Source: Eledone cirrhosa (taxonomy: Eukaryota). From it: a stretch of 64,000 bases of DNA. The translations under genes were made by a program, and so were the position numbers. Positions 41,781-57,684 of the stretch are shown in pieces (position 1 is the stretch's first letter; each line of letters starts with the position of its first letter). Location: NCBI GenBank assembly GCA_964016885.1, contig OZ024746.1, positions 57,660,001 to 57,724,000 of the forward strand, given 5' to 3'. The notes beneath the pieces are model-generated. The model searched no databases and was not told the DNA's origin. It saw only the letters and a program-made list of their open reading frames with translations.

Positions 41781-43154
41781 TTTATTCAATCTTCTGGGAC
41801 GTGAACGAATTGGCCCTTATCCAAACTAGAATATTCTATTACTGTCTATATTGTAAGGATAATCATTAAACAATATAAGATTTTGTACAAAATTTCTTTG
41901 GCATTCTTAGTATATCACATTAAGTGTAGGCTGAAGTAATTTCAAAAGAACTGATAGCAAACTTATAGAAAACTGACCCGTGGCCGCTTGTCATAAACTA
42001 GGTTACTGACAAATCTGTGTATTCTGTCAGGAATTTGCAGATTTCCACCAATCATTCGAGGAAGTGAAGCCGCCTAGCAAAGAGAAATCTATTTTCCGCA
42101 ACAATTCGTACGTGATTTAATGAATGAAATCTTTTTAAGTGTTCGCTGAACTATAAGTACACACCAACGACTTCTTTAAGATAATAGAGTTTCGATTACA
42201 ATGCTTTCTTATAAGACAGTATTTGTGGTTCAGGCTGCAGGAAAATGTTGAAATAACGGCTGCGAGATTAAATAACGTATATGACGATCAGGAATCACGG
42301 AGAGATGAATCGGTAGAATGAAGGTTCGTATAACTTTAAACCTCTATCTAGTTTTAGCCTCAACATTTATGGCAACTAGCAGTGGCCAATGCACCTATAC
42401 TTTTCTCATTAGACACTGTTGATGTATAATCCCTTTACCCAACGTGTCTTTTTTAGACAAATATATGTAAGTATTTAGGAAGATTTGGCTAATAACTTGA
42501 GTGATGTATAGAGGCACATATTTTAAGCGAACAGGTTTCTAAACTGTCAAAACAGCCATGCACAATTATTAATTGTTATATCAAAATCAGTGTTTCAAAC
42601 ATGTTTATTTTATCAGTGTTCGTAGGTGGACAATTAAACGGACCTCCATCGCATTAGACTATGATGGTGCACTGTTTGATCAAGGAAACAGCTGACCTCT
42701 TAAATTAAAGTATAAATGAATAGATTAAGAAAATGCGTGTCTGTGGAATACTGACGCACGTATATATTCATTATACAAGTCGGAGATTAAGCTGATCCAC
42801 CGAATGAATGCACATCGTCATATGAGAGGAGTATTCATTATCGTCTAAGGGATATTTATCGTGTCTTCTTACCTACGATCTTCAGTTGTAACGAGGCAGG
42901 AGTGACACGTTTAGTTGAAACAGAACTGAATGCTGACTTAGCCTTCTAGATTGAGTACGTAAATTTCGGTTAAATACCACTTTTCTCCCTTACAAAAGAA
43001 AAGTACCTTGGTTTATATGATCTAAATTATACAATTATACTGTATCTAGCATGCAAAGTGGAATTAAACATTCGGATGACGTCTAAATACCAAAATCTCA
43101 GAAAAGAGGAAATATATATTCAGTTATATAATCCTATGTTGACCTTCGAAGGTT

Positions 43155-43285
43155 AACATATGTTGATGCCCTAAGGACAGACACTGGTCTGTTGGAGACG
43201 CAGGACATGGCAGCGATAATGAGTGACAGAGACCGCTGGAGAGAACTCGTCCATGGATCTCAGGAATTTTACCCGCCGTGAATAG
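43155..43285 (+). mobile_element. RTE LINE extreme 3' fragment
   Basis: Reverse-complement match to 4910-5026. Confidence 0.75.
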
Positions 43286-43811
43286 AAATAGAATATAATC
43301 CTAAATACTGATCGAAAGACGCGATAACGTCGTTTATTTCATCGGACAACTAAATGATCATTGACGATACAGACGGAGGATCCTACATTAAATTTACGCC
43401 GCACTCTTTATCTCAGTTTGAACATAGGAAAGATTGAGGAATTAAGAAGATCAGTTCACAAATATATGAGATCCCTGGTTCGATATATATGTTTAGCAAC
43501 TTGTGCTGTACAAACTTGCTTGTAGAATTGGATAGACGGACGGACGCCCGTCAGATGAATTTTAGCTGTAATTCAATTATCCGCCTTTGCCATATAAGGC
43601 GCCAGTTTATTTGTTAAGAGAATGACGTTAAATGTATGTGTTTCTATGGTATATTAAATTCACGAGTCGCTCGTTGAGTTGACTAACGAATGCATATGTG
43701 CCGTGGAAACTGACGGAGAACGCATTATGTATCTCAGTATAATTGTATTTTATGCAGGCAATAAAACGAATAATTTGAGCTTCAACAGTAGCATTATAAA
43801 CATCTATATGG

Positions 43812-44002
43812 AAGAGCGGTGGATTGGCAGTATCGGTAGAGGGTCGGACGCCATGCTTTCCAGCATAGATACGTCCCTTTACGATCTGAGTTCAAATCCC
43901 GCCGAGGTTGACTTTGCCTTTCATCCTTACAGGGTCGATAAAATAAAGTACCAGTAATGCACTGGTTAATTGCTGGCCTTGTGCCTAATGGAGAAACAAT
44001 TA
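43812..44002 (+). mobile_element. tRNA-derived SINE, full length, with possible TSD ATTATAAACATCTATATG
   Basis: A/B boxes present. ATTATAAACATCTATATG occurs on both sides (~43793 and ~43999). Confidence 0.88.
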
Positions 44003-44445
44003 TAAACATCTATATGTTCCTGTAACACCTGGAAACTAGGACAGCAAATATGAAAGTAAAGCGAAGTCGTTGACCTAAACTTATTATTTGCTTTACAAAC
44101 AATTGGTAACCATACTATTTCACATCAATTTGCTGCAAAGAATCTACACTTGGATATTAATAAAACACAGAAATTCATGGGTATATATATATGATCTACA
44201 CAGATCTGTCATCTAAGTTGAAAATATAACAATCAACGGCTTTCAACAGCGAGTTTTTTTATCAGTAGGTCAACATCCTATGGAAAGATTTATTTCCTAC
44301 ATCACTTCTGGTATAAAATATTAATTGAAGAAAAATGGCAAATTTAACATACTGTAAGCCTATTGTGCAATTTGTAATCATCAGGTATGTTATATTTATC
44401 CACATATGAACATATGCATCTATATATATATATATATTATTAATA

Positions 44446-44524
<79 letters not shown>

Positions 44525-44737
44525 GTGTATATATATATTCATATATAAATTTATAGGATATATGATTATATATATATATGTAGATAAATGAATATGAAAC
44601 ATATATATACGTGGTGTGTTAAGAGAAATATAACGAAATATACCTAATTTCTTCTGTAGAAATTAGGTCTATTTTGTCTATTTAATATTCACATTCACAA
44701 TTGCTTATATATATATATATACATATATCGGCAAAAG

Positions 44738-44878
44738 AGTGAGGTCTCCGACGGCGGCGGAGCTCCGGTCGTTTCGACAGCTAGATCGGGATACTGATAC
44801 TTTTCCTAATACCCACCCTAATACATCGATTATTCTGGTGCGTTATGGTCTTCCTGATAGATTACTACACCGTCTTTG
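44738..44878 (+). repeat. Half-hammerhead repeat family copy
   Basis: CCGACGGCGGCGGAGCTCCGGTCGTTTCGACAGCTAGATC plus the family tail. Confidence 0.55.
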
Positions 44879-44884
44879 TGTATG

Positions 44885-44982
<98 letters not shown>

Positions 44983-44996
44983 TGTGTGTATATATA

Positions 44997-45042
<46 letters not shown>

Positions 45043-45046
45043 TATA

Positions 45047-45451
<405 letters not shown>

Positions 45452-45459
45452 TAATATAT

Positions 45460-45497
<38 letters not shown>

Positions 45498-45498
45498 G

Positions 45499-45531
<33 letters not shown>

Positions 45532-45549
45532 TATATATATATATTTATA

Positions 45550-45669
<120 letters not shown>

Positions 45670-45671
45670 TA

Positions 45672-45704
<33 letters not shown>

Positions 45705-45729
45705 TTATATATATATATATGTATATATA

Positions 45730-45826
<97 letters not shown>

Positions 45827-45837
45827 ATGTATATATA

Positions 45838-45945
<108 letters not shown>

Positions 45946-46058
45946 TAAAAAAATAATGAATAAAACAATGAAATAGTTCCTTATATTAAACAATCTATAT
46001 ATATATATTTATATATATTTGTATATATATATATATAATATATATATATATAATATAT

Positions 46059-46141
<83 letters not shown>

Positions 46142-46146
<5 letters not shown>

Positions 46147-47030
46147 CAACTAGAAATAGATTGACATATATATATAAAATAAATATATGAAACAATCTCA
46201 GGGAACAATTTGTAAAGTGTGTAAGCACACATAGCTAGGTAGGTAACTAATTAAAGTTTAACTAGAACTTCAAATATAGATACCTTTTAAAATGATCAAT
46301 CTCCTTTGTATTTATTTATCTAAATAAAAAATATATTTCACCAATTAATCTGTAAATCACAGTAGTCAAATCCCGGATTGTCACCAAAGGAGAAGATCCA
46401 ACTATCTGTGTTTACACAGCAAACGCAAATCTGTGAATGACTCGCTGATATGGCGCATGTTTCTCAGACATGACAACCCTTAATTTTATTTTGTATATTT
46501 ATACGGCCCCTTAATTGTAGATCTAACTAAGTTGTATGGACTCGTCTACTATTTCTCGCTGTCGATAATCCTATTCACGCCACTGGGATGACGCTGTGCG
46601 ATGTGTGTATTTTCGTTTAAATGCAACACGTGGTAAGAGTCATTCACAGATTTGCATTTGCGGAAACACAGATGGATGAATCTTCTCCTTTGGTGACCAT
46701 CCAGATTTGACTACTGTGATTTACCGATTAATTGGTGAAATATATTTTATATTTAAAGCAATATATACAAAGGAGATTAATCATTTTAAAATGTATCTGT
46801 ATTTGAAGTTCTAGTTAAACTTTAATTAGTTACCTACCTAGCTATGTGTGTTTACACACTTTACAAATTATTGCCTGTGATTGTTTCATATGTTTATTTC
46901 ATATTTATATATATATGACAATCTATTTCTAGTTGATATAAAATGTTCGGATCTTTTCATTGGAATCTTTTGGCTTATACTGCAGTGGATATGGCGCATG
47001 TCTCTCAGACATAACAACCCTTAATTTAAT
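46142..47030. repeat. Fold-back element with ~300-bp arms (46142-46443 / 46637-46938) and tail
   Basis: Visible inverted repeat in (TA)n. Same family as 25375-25620. Confidence 0.8.
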
Positions 47031-47032
47031 TT

Positions 47033-47600
<568 letters not shown>

Positions 47601-47776
47601 TATATATATATAGTGGAAATTCTGCTTCGTTGAATCGAGACGTATCCGCGGACCGCGCGTTTTCAGAGTCAAGTTTGATCAACACATCAATCGTGCCTCG
47701 AACTGGTCGCCCGAGAAACAATTGTAATATGTCCGATAAATTCCTTTCGTCGCCACACTGATTCTGTTTTTCCTCT

Positions 47777-47841
<65 letters not shown>

Positions 47842-47866
47842 CTATTATATAATATATGTATGTATG

Positions 47867-47920
<54 letters not shown>

Positions 47921-47925
<5 letters not shown>

Positions 47926-49516
47926 CGTAGTTTAGAAAGCCACAACAATGCAGATGGGAAATCTCGAGGTAGGAAGTGAATGATAGATAGGAGAAATAGG
48001 AGAAGGTGAAATTGAGAGAGACAAAGATGAAAACAAAACAAAGGTAGAAGGGTTACCGTAGTGGAGATTTAATCCCAATATTTCGGGCTCACGCCCATCA
48101 ACGGGGGAAAGTTCCAAAAAGGGGGGGAACAGGCTAAGCCGGAGAAAGTTGTAATGTTAAAACAGGAATGCCGTTATGGGGAGAAAATTTAAATGAGGGA
48201 AAGAATGTGCGTGCGCGTGATAGGCTGTGGTAAATGCCACTGACCAAATGGGTTAAATCAAGAGCGCTAGCGTGTGAAAGCCGTAAAATATGTGTGTGTA
48301 AATATATATGTGTGTGTAGCTGTGTGTGTATGTTTAAGTGTGTATATGTGTGAATGTGTGTGTGTGTGAAAGATAGTGGGCTGTAGAAGCTGGAAATCAA
48401 AGGGTGTGAAAGGTGGTAGGTTGTAAAACATTTGCGATAAATGTAACAAGTTTTACATAGGTAGCACCATCCGACCCCTACATGTTCGTATCAAGGAACA
48501 TATCAACACCAACGCATCTTCCTTCCGTAAACACATCCTTAAATGCGGAAACACACAGGGTAGACCCTTGGTCACAGTCCTAGCGACTGAACGCAGCATC
48601 GGATCCTTAAGGATAAAGGAAGCACTTGTTATTAAGAACCTCAGACCCCCACTTAACAACCGGGCTGAGAGAAATGAGCTGACATGGCTAATTTAACCAT
48701 AGTGACCATTCACAGCCCTCACGGCCTGCTATTTTCACACACACGCACGTATATGCATACCCATACGCATACACACACACATCTATATTTATACACGCAC
48801 ACATGTTTTTACAACCTACCACCTTTCACACCCTTTGATTTCCAGCTTCTACAGCCCACTATCTTTCACACACACACGCACTCACACATATACACACTTA
48901 CACATATACACACACAGTTACACACACATATATACCCATACGCATACACACACACATCTATATTTATACACGCACACATGTTTTACAACCTACCACCTTT
49001 CACACCCTTTGATTTCCAGCTTCTACAGCCCACTATCTTTCACACACACACACACTCACACATATACACACGTACACATATACACACACAGCTACACACA
49101 CATATTTTACGGCTTTCACACGCTAGCGCACCCTCTTGATTTAACCCATTTGGTCAGTAGCTTTTGCCACAGCCTATCACGCACACGCGCATTCTTTCCC
49201 TCATTTAAATTTCTCCCCATAACGGCATTCCTGTTTTAACGACATCACAACTTTCTCCGGCTTAGCCTGTTCCCCCCCTTTTTGGAACTTTCCCCCGTTG
49301 ATGGGCGTGAGCCCGAAATATTGGGATTAAATCTCCACTACGGTAACCCTTCTACCTTTGTTTTGTTTTCATCTTTGTCTCTCTCAATTTTCACCTTCTC
49401 CTATTTCTCCTATCTATCATTCACTTCCTACCTCGAGATTTCCCATCTGCATTGTTGTGGCTTTCTAAACTACGTATTTTACATATTTCACAATGCTTCA
49501 AGCAAACTTTAACACC

Positions 49517-49520
<4 letters not shown>
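47921..49520 (+). mobile_element. 5'-truncated PLE with inverted arm (47921-48432) and GIY-YIG remnant
   Basis: Inverted repeat with ~48978-49480. ~170-bp tandem duplication in the 3' UTR. Confidence 0.88.
48433..48696 (+). pseudogene. GIY-YIG endonuclease C-terminal part (not in ORF track)
   Basis: Manual translation CDKCNKFYIGSTIRPLHVRIKEH..LRIKEALVIKNLRPPLNNRAE. Confidence 0.88.
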
Positions 49521-49569
<49 letters not shown>

Positions 49570-50384
49570 TTATATTTATGTATGCCTGTATGTATGTGTA
49601 TGTGTATGTGTATAGACATAACAAATCGAGATGAGAGATTAGATATACTAAACCATTTAATAGCTTTAGAAAAATGTTTTAAAGCACATTACCACCCTTA
49701 CATACATACATAAATGCATGCATTCCACAGTATGGCTGCTATATGATAATGCGCATATAGTATATAACCGGGTATGAATATTAAGAAAAAAGAAAAACAA
49801 TTTCACATTAATGTCTGTACATCACACTTAGTATGCACATTTCAAAGGCATTAAAATGTCATTATGTAATATATATCGATTGCTTATCGTCTGACATGTG
49901 TTGAAAATGTAATCGATATTTTGTTTATGCACTTGGTTTTTAATGTGCCTATACTCGAACGCATGATGTCATTTTTGGTTAATATTATACATATATAAAA
50001 CAACGCATGGTGTTTCTTCAATTTTTCAGCCCACTCGTGAAATTCACAGCGTATTCACAGCAAATCAGGCAATGCATATTACAAGTCTGGTCATTTGTCT
50101 TGCAATTAAAATTTAATTTTCTTTAGTTGGGCAACAGTACAACAAGCTACCGGGCATCCACCCAACGATCTAACTTATATAAAATATTTTATGACTAAAC
50201 ATATATATATATATAAATATTTATATACACGGGGATACACACATATATAAACACACACACTCAGACACACAGAGGCAGACAGACACACCGCACATATATA
50301 CATATATATATATATGTATGTATGTATACACGCACGAACATCTTTCGTATCATTGAAATTTTCTTTGCTTCCTGCATTTAAATA

Positions 50385-52490
50385 TTCCACGACTCTCTAC
50401 TACTTTACCTCTACTACAATCTTCTCACACCACCTTCTTCTTCTCGCCCGTCTATTTTCACTCCCACCCTAGTACCGTCAATATGCCCAATCTCAAATCT
50501 TTCATCTCCATTCTACTCTCAAGCGCCTCCTCCAACCTCTTCCCCCCCCCCCCATATATATCCAATCCTCCCTGTATCTCTCCAACCTCATCTTCACCAA
50601 AACACGATACAACACATTTTTAAGTCGGTGTCGCCACTACCACCTCATTCCCCGCGGTTTCCGCCTCAAGTTTGCCCCCACCTCTTACTCTGCTCTCACC
50701 ACTGAGCCCATCCTTACTCGCTCCTATCGCCAGCTTATGCGGGTGACCATTCGATCAACTCTCGACGGAGTTCTCCCTAATGTCTACCTCCATCTCTCCT
50801 CCACTTGCCGCCCTTCCCTCGCCCAATCCCTTATCCAATTCATCGTTTACCTCAATCGCCTCCTTTTCAATTTCCTCAATTCCATAAAAAACCACAAACT
50901 CGACTCACTCCGCTCCCCGCCTGCCGTCACCACCCATACTCATATCACCTCCAACCCTAACCTCTCTATCCCGTAACCTACCACCGCCTTTCCTCTCCCC
51001 ACCACTAAATCTGCACACTCTTTGCCCAACCAGCTTGACCCCTCCGCCTCCGCCTCTTTCACTCCTTCACATCCCTGAACTGTAGTCCCCATAACCCAGG
51101 ACCTACCACTCTCCGAAGTTGAGCGCTCCCTCCTCGCCCGTTTCTTGCGTTTTATACCTAACACATCTACCTGCGATGAGTTCCGCACACGTGCCGAGAT
51201 TGAAGGGTACTTCCGTCCATTAAAGCTGAAAACTTTTTTTCACGACACGCCATCATCGACACAGACGGATGACTTCAATCGTCTCAGTCACCGGCAATCA
51301 CATTGGACGCCGAGCTCTGGCCAATTCAGCACCCTCGACTCCTTTGTTGATACTTGCCGGCGTACTGTGAATCGGTTCCGTTTCCACCAGCATTCTCGTC
51401 GTTCTAACATCACAGGAAATGAGCTCTCCGCTCTTCTTAACCTTCGACGTCGTGATGACATTGTCATCAAACCCACTGACAGAGGTGGCGCTGTGGTGGT
51501 TTGGAGCGTACCCCTCTATAGGGCTGAGGCTCTCTGCCAGCTTCACAATACCTCTTTTTACCGCCCTTTATCTTCCGAACCCATGCCTGGCTAACAACAA
51601 CTCGTGTCCTCCACCATCCACGAGCTCATCTCCTCCTCTCTCCTACCCCAACAGCCGCTAACCTTACTATACGCACCCCTCACACACCCACCATCTACTC
51701 CCTCCCCAAAATACACAAAATAATCCTGGCCGTCCTATCGTTTCTGCCCCACCGAGATAATTTCTGAATATTTCGAAACCAGCCTCGCCCAGTTGGTCGG
51801 TTGTCTCCCCTCCCACATCCACGATGCAAATCATGCCCTTAGACACTTCAACACTTTCCCCTTCCCTCCTGATCCCTCCCGCCTTCTCTTTACCCTGTAC
51901 ATGACCTCTCTCTACACCGTCATCGTTCACGATGACGGCCTCCGCGCTCTCCAACATTTTTTTAGATTTACGCCCCACCCCTTACCCCAGCACTATCACT
52001 CTTCCACTCAGCCGTCTGGCTGAGCTTGTTCTCACCCTCAATGGATTTTCTTTTTCGGGTGAATTTTATCAATAGGTCTCTGGGGTAGCGATGGGAACCA
52101 GAATGGGTCCAAACTATGCCAACTTGTTAGTTGGCTACGTCGAAGCCCAGATCTTCGCCCAGTACGTTGGACCGACTCCTGAGCTATGCGGTCGTTATAT
52201 CGACGACTGTATCGGCGCCACTTCCGTATCATGAGAACAGCTCGACTGTTTTCTTTCTTTTGTCCAATATTTCCATCCCTCTCTCAATTTCACCGCCTCC
52301 GTCTCCGATTCTTCTGTCGCTTTTCTAGATATCTCTCTTCCCCTCAATCTATCTTATTTCATTCTTTCTGACTGAGGACTAGTGTCCGAAACGTTAAGAC
52401 CCTCTTCCTATTATATCAAACGTTAACCTAATATATCCCTTCCATATACTGTACCGATAGTGTTGTTACTTCTGTTTACCTTTTACATAT
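50385..52490 (+). mobile_element. Decayed PLE, YIDD-type RT (Neptune-like, tentative), 3' part deleted
   Basis: DIVIKPTDRGGAVVVW; PGRPIVS; GVAMGTRMGPNYANL; RYIDD. Minimal HHR-like motif at 52363-52399. Confidence 0.88.
52363..52399 (+). ncRNA. Minimal hammerhead variant
   Basis: TCTT..CTGACTGA (one extra base)-GGAC-TAGT-GTCC-GAAACGTT-AAGA. Confidence 0.55.
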
Positions 52491-52528
52491 ATATATATAT
52501 ATATATATAAATGTATATATAGGAAAAT

Positions 52529-52705
52529 TGTCAGGACCACGACGGCTGAGCTCCGGCCGTTTCGGCAGCTATGTCTAGACGTCGAAACGGCCGGAGCTCA
52601 ATCGTCGGGGAGTTGATACGTTTCCTATTACCCACTCTACTACGCTAAGTTTTGAGTACTCTGGTGCGTTATGGTCCACCTATTATTTTACGACACCCTC
52701 TTTAT
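52529..52705 (+). repeat. Fold-back half-hammerhead repeat with tail
   Basis: GACGGCTGAGCTCCGGCCGTTTCG..CGAAACGGCCGGAGCTCAATCGTC. Confidence 0.65.
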
Positions 52706-52726
52706 TATACACCTTCACACACACAC

Positions 52727-52787
<61 letters not shown>

Positions 52788-54010
52788 TATTTGCGTGTGC
52801 TATAGAATTCATTATGTTTTCTTGTTTATAGTTTAAAGCAAACAACAAATGTATAGCTATCCATTTAAAGTATTGTATCACAGGAACTGCTCCGTAATAA
52901 TTTATCATATTTTGCTGTAATCGCATATCAACGTCACACTTTTATATCAAAAATACCACTCCATCATTAATGTGATAAATAATGTACAACAAGATTCATA
53001 TTTACAGACAAATATGTGGCAGCTGAACATGTTATAATCATTTAATAGCATATTTTTAAAACATTTCATACGTTTTATAGCAGAAATATATATTACTCCT
53101 CTAAATTGGCTGGGTTTATAATTACAAAATGCATTCATTTAATTTTTGATTATTACATTCTATGTACTGATGCTTAAATCCCCGATGTTTTCTTGCCCTT
53201 CTCCAAAAGTTTACTCCGGTCCTTCGATCTATATACAAATATATTTATTACAATATATTAACTAAATAATTACGGATATAAGCTGAGAGATAAGTATGCA
53301 GAGAGAAAGACAGATTGGCAAATAGATAGCCAGATAACAGATATATAGCCAGATAGAAAGAAAGAAGGATAGATATATAGAGCGATAGATAAATAGATAT
53401 TTAAAAAATATATAGATATATTGATATATATATATAGAGAGCGCTAGAGACAGAATGACAGATAGATAAATAGATATATAGATGTGTATGTATATATAAA
53501 CATTATAATAATTTGATCAAACATAACCAAATAGTAAAAATTTCATGGTATTTAATTGATCTATTATAGATGAATTAATATTTGAAAACAACGATCAGCT
53601 ATCATGTCCCTTCCTTCTTTCTTTCTTTCTTTCTTTCCTGTTGCAGTTATGTATTCCATCCTCTCTTTTATATCCCTCTCCCTCCTTTTTATCTTCATCT
53701 TTTTATATTTTTCCCTCTTCTCTTCTATTTAGCACTCTTTCTCTCTCTTCTATTTCTTCTCTAACATAGATTGAAATATTTTAACATTTATGTACTTATA
53801 TGTTTATTTATTTATTCTATATTTTCTCATACTCACCCCCTCCTGATACTTATATCTCGCTCCACATCCTTCTCTTCCTCATATTTAGTTTGTCATGTTA
53901 TTTCTTTTTTTCTTGAGTATATAAATTTTGAGTTTTGTTGTAATAAATCACTGCCAAGACTGAAATTGAACCATCAAGACAGGTGTGGTATGTCATACAT
54001 CAATTCATGT

Positions 54011-54074
54011 ATTTTATCTGATGAGGACGTACTGAAAAAACAGCACAGTACCTCCGGAATATATATAATAAAAC
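54011..54074 (+). ncRNA. Degenerate hammerhead
   Basis: TTTTAT-CTGATGA-GGACGTACTG..CAGTACCTCC-GGAA(GAAA mutated)-TATATATA-ATAAAA. Confidence 0.5.
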
Positions 54075-54092
54075 ATATATATATATATATAT

Positions 54093-54939
<847 letters not shown>

Positions 54940-55599
54940 GAGAAAAGATGAATATAAAATTAAAATGCTTTTATAAAGGAATTTATAAGGTATTGACATA
55001 TGTTTCTGTAACAGACGGAATACCTATGTATCGCTGATTGCGTAGTCATATAATGTTAGCAAGTATTCGATAGCAAATGTATAATCAGTTGTCACTTCTT
55101 CAGAGATATTGGATAAATTGAAAAAACTCAGAAAAATTGAAGTATTTATATTAGTTGTAAGAAAGGAAGAAGAGAAGGGATAGTATATGACAGATGGCAA
55201 TTCAATTTACTGGTAAATAAGTATATAAAAGTTTCTAATGAGAATACAATGAGTATATGGTTTATTTTATCTAAATAAGAATTTTTGGGAGTGCCTATTT
55301 TAATCTATACTTGACCAATTGAACAATGGACAGGGCTGGTCGTTTGGTGTAGTAGTATTAATAGATATAAAGTGTCAATTAAGGAAGAGGGAGATTTTCA
55401 CTGCTACTGAATAACAACAATGCTGGTAGCCTGCTGGTATATGCATTAGGGAATTGAATTAAGAAATCTCATGTTATCTATAACAGTTTATATTAAATGT
55501 TAAATAATAGAAGAGTTGATAGAATTAAGACTAATAGAGAATGTTAATATGTATTGTGACAATCAAACGGAGATGGAGACAGGCGTTCAATCCTGGTAG

Positions 55600-57035
55600 T
55601 GTTTGTAATATGAAAATGTAGATTTCAAGCGATGGTTACAGTATAACTATCGCTCTATTCTGTTATTTAATAAAATATTTTTGGATTTCATAATACAAAA
55701 TAATTCCATATTACACAATTTACAAATTTCCTGTCCGTTAGTAATGCAGGTGACGCTATTATATCCCATTTTAGGTTAAATTGTTGGTTATTTTCGCGCA
55801 GCTGCCAAGCCTTGTCTGCGAGTGTTGTTACATAACGCTGGTTTTCATGTTTTATCGAGTAACGATGTCTATAAAGGCGAGATTTGAAGGAGGTAATTGT
55901 AGACCCCACATAGTACCACTTCTGGCTATCCGATTCGATAGTACATTTGTATATGATGTTGCGTTCAAGACACTGATTGTTCAACGGCACATTCCTGGTT
56001 GGACACAGTTACAGTTATAATTTTGCGTTGTTGTATTGACATGGATGGGTTGATGAGGTTGCTTAGGTAGGACGGGATGTTGTTTGTTGTTTTGGGATTT
56101 TATAGCCGATGCTTTACGTGTATTGTTATGTGCTGGAAGGCGTTTATACAACCGTTTTGCGTTAAGCTTTTTTATATGTTGTTCAATATTAGGGGCGGTT
56201 GAATATGAAAGTCGAATAGTGTTAGGGTTTAAGATTTTATTATATTTATGTGATGTTGGAAAGTGTTTTTTAACTAATCGAAAGAATTGTGAGGGTAAAT
56301 TGGTTTTAATAGAGTTGTTATAGACCGGGTTGTACCATATATACTCTTTACATCGCATTCTGTTTGTTGGTGTGCGACTATTAGTGTGTCTATTGCGGTA
56401 GTGTATGTATGGTGGTGATTCTATGCTATTTCTAACTCTATGAGATTTATTTTGGGTGTTTTCGTGGTCGTCGACTATATACTCTATATTATCTAGGTGT
56501 CCAGCCTTCCTAAGTGCATCATCATAATATTCTGCATGTTCTTTGAAGGTTTGCTGGTTGGACGACAGGCGGGAGATTCTAAGGGAAATATTTCTAGGGA
56601 TGGATTTAATTATAGATGGTGGAGGGTTAGAACCCGTATTTACATATTTAAGGTACTCATTTAGTTTATGGAACGGTTTAATCGTTTCTGTATTGAGATT
56701 CAAAGTAACATCAAGGAAATTAACCTCTTTGAGGTTATATTCAAATGTAATATTTAATCCTAGTTCCTTAAAAAGCTTTCTGATATGTTTACGCATCCTT
56801 TCTAAATTCTGGTTATTCATATGCTTAACTAATAAGAGCACATCGTCACGGTAGATTCCACCGTGGAGATCCTTGAATTTTCCTTGTAGTCTGTAGGTGA
56901 TATAAATTCCCACAAGATCAGTTACTTCCGCCGAATCATTGGAACCCATAGTAATATCAAAATTAGAAGGTCTATCTTTGCGAACCCAGTAGCTATCATC
57001 AAATTTAACAATAGTTTTCCTCGCTTCCATAATAA
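55600..57035 (-). pseudogene. PLE RT + GIY-YIG, 5'-truncated and frameshifted
   Basis: FDITMGSNDSAEVTDLVG; GGIYRDD; NFLDVTLNL; WYNP; CNC..PLNNQCLERNIIYKC..YYVGST..FKSRLYRH. Confidence 0.92.
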
Positions 57036-57563
57036 TAACCATCGCTTGAAATCTACATTTTCATATTACAAACACTACCAGGATTGAACGCCTGTCTCCA
57101 TCTCCGTTTGATTGTCAAAATACATATTAACATTCTCTATTAGTCTTAATTCTATCAACTCTTCTATTATTTAACATTTAATATAAACTGCTATAGATAA
57201 AATGAGATTTCTTAATTCAATTCCCTAATGCATATACCAGCAGGCTACCAGCATTGTTGTTATTCAGTAGCAGTGAAAATCTCCCTCTTCCTTAATTAAC
57301 ACTTTATATCTATTAATACTACTACACCAAACGACCAGCCCTGTCCATTGTTCAATTGGTCAAGTATAGATTAAAATAGGGACTTCCCAAAATTCTTATT
57401 TAGATAAAATAAACCATATACTCATTGTATTCTCATTAGAAACTTTTATATACTTGTTTACCAGTAAATTGAATTGCCATATGTCATATACTATCCCCTC
57501 TCTTCTTCCTTTCTTACAACTAATATAAATACTTCAAATTTTCTGATTTTTTCAATTTATCCA

Positions 57564-57684
57564 ATATCTCTGAAGAAGTGACAACTGATTATACATTTGC
57601 TATCGAATACTTGCTAACATTATATGATTACGCAAGCAGCGATACATAGGTATTCCGTCTGTTACAGAAACATATGTCAATACC
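57564..57684 (+). ncRNA. Hammerhead-like motif with long stem II (mirror at 54990-55108, minus)
   Basis: CTGAAGA-GTGACA..TGTTAC-GAA-ACATATGT-C. Stem I is poor. Confidence 0.55.
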
